DNA from: Octopus vulgaris
Taxonomy: Eukaryota
Assembly: GCA_951406725.2 (NCBI GenBank)
Contig: OX597821.1
Location: 1,178,001-1,242,000, forward strand
DNA: 64,000 nt
Reading direction: 5' to 3'
Both the position numbers and the translations under genes were made by a program. The first letter of the stretch is position 1, and each line of letters starts with the position of its first letter. The notes under the pieces are model-generated. The model was not told the DNA's origin. It ran no database searches and saw only the letters and a list, made by a program, of their open reading frames with translations. Shown here piece after piece: positions 43,940 to 55,721 of the stretch.

Positions 43940-44385
43940 AGTTGAAATCGCGAAAGAAGACTGAAAGTGAAAGTAGAGAGATGTGGTTAGAGAGAATGAT
44001 GAAGAGGAAGGTTGAGAGAGAAAGTGTGAGAGAGAGAGATAAAGTGAGTGAGAGAGAGAGAGATAGAGAAAGAGATAAAGAAACGTATTTAAAGAGAGAA
44101 AGAGAGAGTGAGAGAGGGAGGGAGAAAGGGAGAAGTACTTAGAGAGAATGATGGGAAAGAGCGATTGAGAAAGGAGAGAGAGGCAGAGAGGGGGAGAGGT
44201 GTACTTAGGGAGAATAAGGGAAGGGGAGATTGACTGATAGAGAAACGTACTTATAGAGAAGAAGGGAAAGAATGGGACAGAAGAGGAGCGAGGGGTAAAG
44301 AGGCAAAGAAGTGGAAAGACAGTGAGAGAGAGGGAGAGATTACTTAAAGGGAATGAAGAGGACAGAGTGAGAGAGAGACGTACAT

Positions 44386-44428
<43 letters not shown>

Positions 44429-44720
44429 CAGAATGGGGAAGAAATTGAGAGAGAGTCCGAAAGAAGCAGAATTACGTATGTTTGATCGAATGTGAGTAAA
44501 AAGGTAAGAATATGAAAGAAGGAGCAAATAGGAAAAAATAACAGAATATATAAAAATAGAAAGGGGAGTAGAGAGAAGGAGAGAGAGGCAAAAAGAGTGA
44601 GAGACAGAAGTGCATACAGAGAGGAAGCAGAGAGAGAGAGGTAGAGATAGAGAGAGAGAGAGAGCGAGAGATGAGTTGACAAGTAAAAACTACGAGTAAG
44701 AGATGAATGATGAGATAATG
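43940..44720. repeat. GA-rich polypurine low-complexity tract
   Basis: Direct reading. Confidence 0.85.
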
Positions 44721-45803
44721 CAAAAAACAAAACAAAAAACAAAACAAAATTGTTTGGTTGAAAGTGAAAGTGAAAGTGAAAGAAGGTAAGTAAATAAATA
44801 AATAAGTAAATAATAGATGCAAAGAAACTAGGGAAAAAAAGAGGAAAAGACGTAAAGTCATGATTGATCTTTGCCAGATAATTAAGTGCAAAATAAAAGG
44901 AGCGGAGAAGATCGACGCAGAGGAGGGGAGAACCGTAGAACCCATAACATGACAAAATACAGTGAACGGTCAACAATAAACTGACACTGTTATCCATAGT
45001 TAGAAAAATATATAATATAATATATCATATATTATGTATATATATTATATAATATAATATATTTATATATATATATATATAGTGTATTATAATAAACTAT
45101 ATATGTATATAGTGTATTATAATAAATCTCTCACCGAGATGTAAACAGTAAGCGTTCGACAGCGTAAAGTATACTAGGCATCGCAATATGGCTAACCACT
45201 AGGGGTGGGTGTTACTGTAGCTTTTAGCCCCAGGAGATCATCGTCTCCAGCTGGCTTTAGACACAATTCCTGTGCCCTTATGACATTCGCAAAGGGAGGT
45301 CATCCCCTCTCGAAAACCTAAATGATACGCATAAGGACACAGGAATTGTGTCTAAAGCCAGCTGGAGACGATGATCTCCTGGGGCTAAAAGCTACAGTAA
45401 CACCCACCCCTAGTGGTTAGCTATATTAAGATGCCTAGTATACTTTACGCTGTCGAGCGGTTCCTGTTTACATCTCGTTCAGAGATTTATTATTGCTTTC
45501 AGACCGTTTTTCGAAATCAGTGACAGTGGTTGCTGGGAAAAACATTAAATAAATATTCGCAAAAAGGTCTCTCCTCATCGAAAACCGGTGTTTTGACTCG
45601 TCTGCGTATTGAGAAGTTAGCTCCCTATTTTGTTGAGTGAGTTCGTTTTTTGTTCGTCGTTGTTTGTGTTTGCTCGTGAATTGTTGTCCGTTGTGTGACA
45701 GTAATTTTCGCCCTACGGGGCTAAAAATTCTGTGTATAAACATTGTTATTACCTTCGGGGTAATTTTTTGTTTTTTGAAAAATTGGTTCTCATAATTTGA
45801 GAA

Positions 45804-47153
45804 ATGGAGTTCGACTTGGCGTCGAGGAGCGACTTTCCCGTGATGGGAAAAGGGAAACAGAAGGATATCGAGGTTAAAAAACAGTCTTTTTCGGCCACAG
45901 TGGGCGGAACCATAACGGAAGTAGAATTTAAAATAGAACAGTTGTTCGAATACCGGAACTTGGTAAAAAAGGAAGGCAACGAAATTAAACTGGTACCGCC
46001 GCAAGCGATATTACAGGAAATAAAGGTTAAGACAGTCGTATACAAGGTTTACAGTAACAAAGAGAAAAAAATAATGGACGTGAAGAACAAAATAGTAGAG
46101 AAGTGCTTGTCCCCGGTGTGGAGCAAAATTCGCTACGTCGGTCGAGGTACCCGCAGCGCTACCGTTGAAGCACATTTCGACTCGGCTGATGTGGCAATAG
46201 AGACTTCATCGATGACCTTAAAAAGTGAGGACATCATGTTACTACCTACATATATGGGAAAAAGAACTGCGAAACTATATGTGGAAGACATTCCAAGAGG
46301 ATATGATATAATGTGGGTAGCAGCGGCGGTTCTGCACGACGTAGAGCAGAAAGTCTCAATTCTGCAGATGAAAAGGAAAGAGGGGGTAAACTGGAAGGGA
46401 CAAGTGCTCGAACTCCTCGTTCAAGCAGAAAATAAGGTGCTAGAAAACTTACCCGATAGGGTATTTATTGAGGAGGGAATTACAATGAGAGTATCAGTGG
46501 AGGGGCGCAGTCCTAGGTGTTTCAAATGTGGTGAAAAGGGTCACGTCCGCTCGAACTGCATAAAAAAAAAGAGAAACAGCGAAGCCCCTCCTCAAAGTGC
46601 TTCAAACACAGAAAAAGAAAAGGCGAAAAAAGACCCCAAGACTGCGACAAGGAAGGGAATCGAAACGGAAGATAAAAATGAACAAATGGAATTTACACAG
46701 GTGACACACAAAAGAAAAAAAGAAAATACCCTGGACTCCCCTCCCCAAACAAAGAAAAAATCAGCAAACACCGCAGAGATACATACAAAACAAATTCCCC
46801 AGCCCTACCCCCACGGCACTGTATTCATTGGAACACAGTTCGCCAAGCCCCACCCTATAAAACAAGATTGGAAAAAATTGATTTAAAAAAATGAAAAGGT
46901 TGTAGCATTCGACGAGAAAAATGATAGAGTGTTCAAGTATTTTAAATTTTCAAAACTGAAATTATTCAGTAAGTCTGCAGACACTAAGTCGACCACTCGT
47001 TTTGCAAAAATAAAGGAAGACGAGTGGAAGGATAAAACAATCCAAGAACATTTAAAAAATAACCTTATCAGAGACGTTACTAACGAAATACTGGAGGGCA
47101 AACTTACTATAACCCTACACACCTACCCAGAGCCCGATGGCAACGCTGGTTAA
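45804..47153 (+). CDS. Tx1 ORF1 (gag-like, CCHC knuckle); probable frameshift at ~46886
   Basis: CFKCGEKGHVRSNC; ORF 46929-47153 is the likely continuation. Confidence 0.8.
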
Positions 47154-47254
47154 GAGCCCTGCAGCTACGACCACAAGGGAGGAAGATTTAAATGCAGATT
47201 TAAACTGTCATGCTCCCTGTCTCAACAGTAAGTTTTTTTTCTCTCTCTCCGACA

Positions 47255-50200
47255 ATGGCTAAGCTGGGTTGTGTGAATGTGCGTGGAATGGGGTCGAAAT
47301 AGAAACAAATTTGTCTCCTGGACGACCTCACGACACACAGAGTGGACGTAGCTATTGTAACCGAGTCCAAGATGAACGGGGCCCAAGCGTTCTCGCCTCT
47401 TCTAAATGGTTTCGAGAAATTTATTTCTCCTAGCCGAGGAGGAGGAAGGGGCGTGGCAGTCCTTATCAGGAAGAGCTTGGACTTGCAGGTAAGTACTGTC
47501 TTTCTGGACCCAGAAGGCAGGCTGGTCGTTCTGGATGTGACCCACGTAAGTAAACAGTCCTTCAGGTTGGTAGCTGTCTACGCTCCGAATGAGAATAGGC
47601 AGTCGGGTTTTTTTCGGAATCTGGAGCACTTTTTAGTGACGTCGAAAACGGTAGTCTTAGTAGGGGACTTTAACACTGTCCTCGAAGCGCAGGTCGACAG
47701 TGTTGGCTCAACCAATAGGAAGGAGAACCCTAGCCTCAAGGGTCTACTAGAGAGCTTTAATCTAGTAGACCGTTATCGACTGGATGAGCCGAGCGTTCCA
47801 CAGTGGACGTGGAGTAACAACGACGGCTCACGCAGATCGTATATAGATAGGATATTCGTTAGGAAAAGAGATAAGGATACGTTTAGTTGTCCACAGTTTC
47901 ACATTGTGCCTTACACGGATCACAAATTTGTGACTTGTAGGGTGCAATTAGATAAGTGTCATAGACAGGGACCCAGGTACTGGAAGCTGAACAAGTCTAT
48001 TTTGAATTGTGAAGACTTTCGTACCCGGATTAAGGTGTTAGTACAGAGGGCATTGTGTGGCACCATCATTAACAATAGATGGCGGCACTCCCTCAAAAGA
48101 GCCATTCATTCAGAGTCCATTAGATTTAGCAATCAGCTAAGGTTAGATAGGTCTAGGATAGAGGACGATTTAGTTAAGAATCTAAACGAGGCAATGGAAT
48201 CTGGCTCTGCATCCGGAGTGATGGCGGCAAGGACGGTATTGTACCATCACCTTAACTCCAAACACGAAGGTTGCAGAGTTAGAGCTAAGCTACGCGCAGA
48301 GAAACGAGAAGGTATTAACGTTGCCGGATGGGCCCGTCGAGTGGAGAGTCAGAGAGGCAACAAAGCTTCAATCAAGTCTTTAACTGACGAACAGGGACAC
48401 AAGATCTATGGACAGGAGGAGATGCAAATGTTTCTTCACCAGCATTTCGCCCGCGCGTTCAGGGGTGGTGGTTCGCTGGAGCGGGGGAGGGCCTTAAAGG
48501 ACTTCCTAGCCGGCGGACCGCGGCTCTCGGGGCGTGAGGTGGAGTGCTGTGAAGGAGCGATCACTCACGCGGAGATAGAGGGGCTACTGGCCAGATGCGC
48601 CGGGGAGAAGTCGCCGAGGCTGGATGGTCTGCCCTACGAGTTTTACCAAAGTATGCCGGACTTGTTCGGGGGAATACTGGCAGGCGTCTACGCGAACTGG
48701 CAGCAGAACGGGAGAATTCCCAGTTCTGTAAGCCGGGGAGTGGTGACGCTAATCCAGAAAGACCCGAGCAAAGGAGATAACATTAGTAATTACAGGCCCA
48801 TAACTCTACTTAATGTAGAGTTAAAGATTTTGGCCAAGGTGTTGGCAAAAAGGTTGACGACTGTCGTGGAGAAACTTGTAGGGAAAGCACAGACATGTGC
48901 AATTCCAGGCAGGTCGATCCAGGACAATCTTCACCTTATACGCTATACCTTAGATAGGGTGGGTAAATTAACCGGCAAGGGCGGGGTAATGGTCCATTTA
49001 GACCAAAGTAAAGCGTTCGATAGGGTAGACCATAAGTACCTGGCGACGGTCCTCGAAGCGGCTGGACTGGGCCCTGAATTTCTTGGGTGGATCTCCGCAA
49101 TGTATAGCGGCATCAAGTCCACCGTCCAGATAAACGGTTACCTAACGGAACCGTTTTCGATCGAATGTTCAGTTCGTCAAGGGTGCCCCTTGTCACCACT
49201 TTTGTACGTGTTGGCTCTCGAGCCATTGCTGCGAAAGTTGGAGAGGCTGGGAAGTAACCCGGATGAGATCGGAGGCAGGAGGACGGTTTCTGCTTATGCG
49301 GATGACGTCACCCTCATCGTGTCCAATGAGGCTCAACTACCTTGTGTAGAAGATGCTATCAGAGGATACGAGGCGGTGGCAGGAGCAAAAGTTAACAAGG
49401 ACAAGTCGATTGGCTTACGCCTCGGCACCTGGAGGAGCAAGTCGATATCGTCCGGTGCCGTGGGACACTGGACAGATGGTCCTGTTAAGTTGCTAGGAGT
49501 TTGGTTTGGGCCAGAGGTGGAGGCCATAGTACGGACCTGGTCCGGAAGGTTTCTGTCCTTGAAAGGAAGGGCGGAGGTGGTACAGATGTTTATTGCATCT
49601 GTAATCACTTACCGCCTGACCGTTGTCCCTTGTCCCCGATTCATGGCTTAGCAAGTTGGAGCGAATCCTTTTCCGCTTTTTGTGGAAGGAAGGAAAGCCA
49701 CTTGTGAGGCGCTCCGTTTGCTGCCAGGAACCGTTAAAGGGTGGGTTAGGAATGCCTTGGTTGATGATGCGCAGACATGCGCTGAGGCTGAAGCATCTCT
49801 GGCACCACCTGGAGGGTGATAAGGTGTGGAGTCCGCTGGCAGGGGAATTTTTCCCGAGACCGGCTTCCTTAGTGAATTTTAAAACCGGTTACATCAAAAG
49901 ACGGAATCTGACTTTATGGCAAAAGGAGTGTCGACAGGCACTCACGCTGATCCACAAGGCGGACAAGGCCGGCTGCGGAAATACCACCTCGGTATTTTAT
50001 AGCAGGCTGGTAGAGGCAAAGAACGACGACGTTTTTAGGAGGGGCTCTGGGGTTCGACGAAGACCAGCTTACCAACCTGTTTAAAAAGACTTTCAGGACG
50101 GGGAATTTGGATAATTTCCAGAGATCCCTGGCCTGGCAGTGTTATAGGAATGCTTTACCTGTTCGCGAGAAGTTATCGCGGCACGGAATTTCAGTGCCAC

Positions 50201-50607
50201 CGACATGTCCAAGATGCGGGTTGGAGGATGAAACCGTCCAGCACGCTTGTGTACACTGTCGGCAGTTGTCAGACTTGATAAGTTACGCAGAACACATGTT
50301 ATCGCATCTGGGACGAGTACAGCTGTCGGCTGAGTCTATGATTAAGATGATACCGCCAACTGGACTCTCGAAGGAAGGTGAGGCATGTTTTCACTGCACG
50401 GTTGCAGTTGTAAAAGAATGCATGTGGCGTACAAGAATGGAAGGAGTCACAATAGGATCCTTTGTCTCAGGCCCCGGCTTGCTCACTTACTTCAGATATC
50501 ATCTGAATAACAAAATGGGGCTGGAAAAGAAGACCTTACCACGAGGTGTGTATGAAAAAAGATGGAAGGAAGTGGCGAAAAAGGTGGGTGTCAGAAACCC
50601 AGTTTAA
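47255..50607 (+). pseudogene. Tx1 ORF2 (APE plus RT plus C-terminal zinc finger) with one stop and two frameshifts
   Basis: MAKLGCVNVRG start then a stop at ~47300; VYAPN, GDFN, SYIDRI, TDHK, YWKLN, YRPITLLN, SVRQGCPLSP, AYADD, GGLG, CPRC...ETVQH...C. Confidence 0.92.
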
Positions 50608-50879
50608 CTATGGATGGAGAAGAGGAAAGGAAAGCTGCGGGTCCTTATAGGTTGCCGGGGTTTAAAATATATCGGTAATATTTCAATCTAATGTAATGTT
50701 ATATTAGTCAATGCAAAGGACAATTTAAATACAGTTTTTTGTATAATGAATAATCCATATATTTTGGAAATTTTTAAACGGACCACTTAACTGTTTTTTG
50801 TATGTATGTCCTGTATTGTTCTTCTATGTACTGATTTTATAATCATAATAAAGAATTACTCATCGAAAACCGGTGATTA

Positions 50880-50926
50880 GCGCATGTTGACAAGAGACAA
50901 TAATCTCGAAACTGCAGTCCATGCGT
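50880..50926 (+). ncRNA. Degenerate minimal type I hammerhead
   Basis: gcgcatg TTGACAA gaga-caataa-tctc GAAAC tgca GTC catgcgt; all three stems pair; core is two transitions from CTGACGA. Confidence 0.72.
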
Positions 50927-51067
50927 ATCACTTAGGTTTTCGAGAGGGGATGACCTCCCCTTGCGAATATCATAAGGGCATAGGAATTGGTCTAAAGCCA
51001 GCTGGAGACGATGATCTCCTACGTAACACCCACCCCTAGTGGTTAGCCATATTGAGACGGCTAGTAT

Positions 51068-51140
<73 letters not shown>

Positions 51141-51201
51141 GTATATATATATGTATATATATATGTATATATATATGTATATATATATATATATGTATAT
51201 A

Positions 51202-51244
<43 letters not shown>

Positions 51245-51270
51245 TGTATATATATATATGTATATATATG

Positions 51271-51301
<31 letters not shown>

Positions 51302-51321
51302 GTATATATATATGTATATAT

Positions 51322-51432
<111 letters not shown>

Positions 51433-51459
51433 TATATATATATGTACATATATATTTTA

Positions 51460-51935
51460 GCGGAGGGGTCTAGTCGATTAGATCGACCCCAGTACGCAAC
51501 AGTTACTTAATTTATCGACTCCAAAAAGATTAAAGGCAAATGGACCTCGGCGGAATTTGAACGTAGACAAGCGAATTCTACTCTAAGTACGAGGCCTGAA
51601 ATTTTTGGGGAGGGTGGACAGTTGATTAGATCGACCCCAGTACGCAACAGTTACTTAATTTATCGACTCCAAAAAGATTAAAGGCAAATGGACCTCGGCG
51701 GAATTTGAACGTAGACAAGCGAATTCTACTCTAAGTACGAGGCTTGAAATTTTTGGGGAGGGTGGGCAGTCGATTTGATCGACCCTAGTACGCAACTGGT
51801 ACTTAATTTATCGACCCTAAAAAGATGAAAGGCAAAGTCGATCTCGGGCGAATTTGAACTCAGGACGTGAAGGCAGATGAAATACCGCTAATCATTTTGC
51901 CTGGCGTCCTAACACTGCTGCCAGCTCGCCGCCTT
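51460..51935 (-). mobile_element. Octopod-type SINE with ~148-bp internal tandem duplication
   Basis: ttagatcgaccccagtacgcaacagttac at 51478 and 51626. Confidence 0.8.
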
Positions 51936-52252
51936 ATACATAAATAAATAATAAATGCGCCCTTTTAAAGCCTAGCCAGGCTCATGGGTCCGGTTTCCTG
52001 GTTTCTATGTCGTATGTGTTCCTCAGCTGGACGGGACGCCAGTCCATCGCAGCATTACTCATTTTTGCCAGCTGAGTGGACTGGAGCAACGTGAAATGGA
52101 GTGTTTTGCTCAAGAACACAACGCGTCGCCAGGAATCGAAACCACAATCTTACGATCATGATGCTGACACCCTAACCACTAAGCCTCGCGCCTCCACCTT
52201 ATACATACATATATATTATATATTGTAGGACAGCAGCCAAGTGCAGCAGAGA

Positions 52253-52346
<94 letters not shown>

Positions 52347-52873
52347 GTCTGTCTGTCTGTCTGTCTGTATGTCTGTATGTATGTATGTATGTATGTCTGT
52401 CTGCAAAATGCACGAATATATACGTATATACGCATATACGTATATCTGCATGCAGACACCAAATATTTGTATGCATAAATATGGAAAGTGTTGTACACCT
52501 GCTGCTAGCCTTTACACGAAAACTAAGCAAGTGAACAGTTAGTGTTGTACACAGAAATATAACACAATCAACTCATCTCAGATGCTGTTTAGCCCGACGG
52601 GGATTTATGCTAAGAGGTGCGAGATTTAACGGGCTTTAAACTTCATCATTCACCTAAAGCAATTTATTATTTTGTGGTGACCAGAAATTCACACCTTCGT
52701 TGTTTTTCTTGCAGAGGAATAGAAAAACAAACATCTCTTTGGGGAACGGGGGAAATCTTGAATGCTCCATTAGCTTCTACACAAAGATAACAACACTGGA
52801 ATGGCATCAGCTTGAATGAATTCTATATTGCAAAAATATGAGCCCAGACACAGGCACATATACAAAGATATAT

Positions 52874-52943
<70 letters not shown>

Positions 52944-53199
52944 GTATATATATATCTATGTATAAATATATATATATATATATATAAGTATTTAAGTAGA
53001 CAAATGAATTATCTTATTACGGATAATTCGAAAGATAACCGATACCTGGGTAGCAAACTCACAACAGAAAAAGCACGGTTGAAGTTACGACCATAGGGCA
53101 TAAAATCCGTGCCTTAGTGCGGAAATTTGAAGTTTAATTTAATATATTAAGTATAGGAAAGAATGGAGCTGAACGATTTAACAAAGTTCCTTTATTTTA

Positions 53200-53283
53200 T
53201 TTTCGACATATGTTTCGAAGTCTGCAAAATCCCTAATTCCGAATGAATAAGGAGTCCATTATGCAGCTTTCTCTTCAGGAAAA
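53200..53283 (-). ncRNA. Type I hammerhead (mirror copy)
   Basis: Reverse complement of 53972-54055. Confidence 0.8.
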
Positions 53284-53971
53284 ACCAGGAACTTAATTCT
53301 CCAACAAAATGCACAACAAGTTTTTCGATGACTGCTCACTAGGAACCCATAGAGATTGGTTCAGATGCCTTCACTGGAAAAAGCATACCTTTTTCTCATA
53401 CCAATGAAGTCTAATATAGATAATCCCTGGACTTCCTATTAAATTAATTTGTGATATCTCATCCCTTTAGTTTATAAGACTTTCTCATAATTGCTAAGAA
53501 CTACTACCAATTCCAGCAGTAACCTTCTCTCTTGTCATTATTATTGTGGTTCTTTCTACCCTCTCCCTCTTTAGTTGACACATTCGAACACACAGACACA
53601 GTCTTTTCACCTCTTGACCTTTAATTCTTTTTCTCTTCCTTCTACACACACATTCACTCAGTCACAGACACACACACACACACATTAAGGCAAATTTACA
53701 CACTCATACATACGAGCACTCATTCATAAAATAAATCAAATATAAACACCAGTCATACAGAATACATTCCCTCACTTTAGTTTTCCTTTACCTTCCTTCA
53801 CCAACCTTGATTGAACCCTTGAACTATTTTAACTGATATTTTCTCCTACTTTCAACCAATCTGGCGTCACCCCCTATAAATAGACACTATTTATCATTAT
53901 CTCTATGGGTTCCTAGTGAGCAGTCATCGAAAAACTTGTTGTGCATTTTGTTGGAGAATTAAGTTCCTGGT

Positions 53972-54055
53972 TTTTCCTGAAGAGAAAGCTGCATAATGGA
54001 CTCCTTATTCATTCGGAATTAGGGATTTTGCAGACTTCGAAACATATGTCGAAAA
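53972..54055 (+). ncRNA. Type I hammerhead ribozyme
   Basis: ttttc CTGAAGA gaaagctgca...tgcagacttc GAAAC atat GTC gaaaa; intact core, palindromic stem III. Confidence 0.82.
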
Positions 54056-54116
54056 TAAAATAAAGGAACTTTGTTAAATCTTCGTTCAGCTCCATTCTTT
54101 CCTATACTTAATATAT

Positions 54117-54152
<36 letters not shown>

Positions 54153-54193
54153 TAAATAAATGGAGTTTAACGCAGGTGTAATCAAATATTTTT

Positions 54194-54279
54194 ACTTTCG
54201 ACACATGTTTCGAAAATTCCACTGATACTATTCAAAAGAATAAATGGTATAAACAAAGCAATCTTCTCCTCAGGAAAGT
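54194..54279 (-). ncRNA. Type I hammerhead (mirror copy)
   Basis: Reverse complement of 54443-54528. Confidence 0.8.
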
Positions 54280-54442
54280 GAAAAAACGAAACTCGTCAAT
54301 AATATCCCTACTCTTTCTGTTAGCTACTTATGACGTTATATCATATAACGTTTTTTTAAACAATATTAATAGCGTTCTGTCAATCGCTATACAAATCCAT
54401 CATTTTTTGCTAAAATGTCTTATTGACGAGTTTCGTTTTTTC

Positions 54443-54528
54443 ACTTTCCTGAGGAGAAGATTGCTTTGTTTATACCATTTATTCTTTTGAATAGTATCAG
54501 TGGAATTTTCGAAACATGTGTCGAAAGT
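54443..54528 (+). ncRNA. Type I hammerhead ribozyme
   Basis: actttc CTGAGGA gaagatt...aattttc GAAAC atgt GTC gaaagt. Confidence 0.82.
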
Positions 54529-54779
54529 AAAAATATTTGATTACACCTGCGTTAAACTCCATTTATTTATTCATATATTATTCAAAATATTCAACGTAAA
54601 CACGAAGTTTCTACCTTTATAAACAAGGAGTTACAACACCTTTACTTGTGAGATTTTTGCTGCCCTGGTAACTATTTATTTTTTTTCCGTGTTAATTGTT
54701 AACAAGGTAAAGATGTACTCATCTATTTATAAATATAAATATATATATATATATGTAAATATATTCCGCACGTGGTGAA

Positions 54780-55007
54780 CTTTGTACTCTTTCACCACAA
54801 CTCTGTCTCACACTTTCTTCTGTTGTACCTGTATTCCAAAGGGCTAGCCTTGTCACACTCTGTGTCACACTGAATCTCCCCGAGAACTACGTTACGGGTA
54901 CGCGTGTCTGTGGAGTGCTCAACCACTTACGCGTTAATTCCACGAGTAGGCTGTTTCGTTGATCGGATCAACTGGAACCCTCGTCGTCGTAACCGACGGA
55001 GTGCCAT
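54780..55007 (+). mobile_element. SINE body (possibly Deu/Nin-domain type); related - fragment at ~35920-36030
   Basis: Shared motif gtggagtgctcaaccactta. Confidence 0.45.
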
Positions 55008-55029
55008 GAATATATTTTATTTATCTATT

Positions 55030-55515
<486 letters not shown>

Positions 55516-55623
55516 TATATATATAATAAAAACTTACTTGGAGAAACAAGAAAGTGACGCGGGGCGTTCAATCATATAATAACAATTTAACAAATAAAAC
55601 ACATGCATACATACATACATACA

Positions 55624-55656
<33 letters not shown>

Positions 55657-55687
55657 GTACGTACCTACATCTATATGTATATGTACA

Positions 55688-55717
<30 letters not shown>

Positions 55718-55721
<4 letters not shown>

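Larger units (their letters stand above)
45591..50858 (+). mobile_element. Near full-length Tx1/L1-clade non-LTR retrotransposon with 17-bp TSD
   Basis: TSD ctcatcgaaaaccggtg at 45574-45590 and 50859-50875; ORF1 with CCHC; ORF2 APE-RT-zinc finger; AATAAA at 50847-50852. Confidence 0.93.
45118..51072 (+). mobile_element. Non-coding hammerhead-bearing retrozyme/PLE-like element (inverted arm 45118-45332 plus ~1.3 direct units of ~356 nt), split by the Tx1 insertion
   Basis: 45330-45445 recurs at 50971-51072; 45170-45332 is the reverse complement of 50921-51072; TA tracts on both sides. Confidence 0.75.
53137..54121. mobile_element. Fold-back element, ~220-bp arms (53137-53356 and 53899-54121), ~540-bp spacer, hammerhead in each arm
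   Basis: Near-perfect reverse complementarity; related single arm at ~58190-58385. Confidence 0.88.
54144..54578. mobile_element. Fold-back element, ~158-bp arms (54144-54301 and 54421-54578), hammerhead in each arm
   Basis: Arms appear perfectly complementary; abuts the TA tract that ends the previous element. Confidence 0.88.

Noticed and set aside
43781-44997. Hydrophobic S/L/F-rich minus-strand ORFs
   Set aside because: Products of the GA-rich low-complexity tract
45496-45585. Minus-strand hammerhead-like fold overlapping the Tx1 TSD
   Set aside because: A stem followed by GAAA is present, but there is no CUGANGA and no valid stem III or GUH
52700-52820. Possible host exon after tttttcttgcag; also ORFs at 62905-63354
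   Set aside because: No recognisable protein similarity or matching donor; needs RNA-seq
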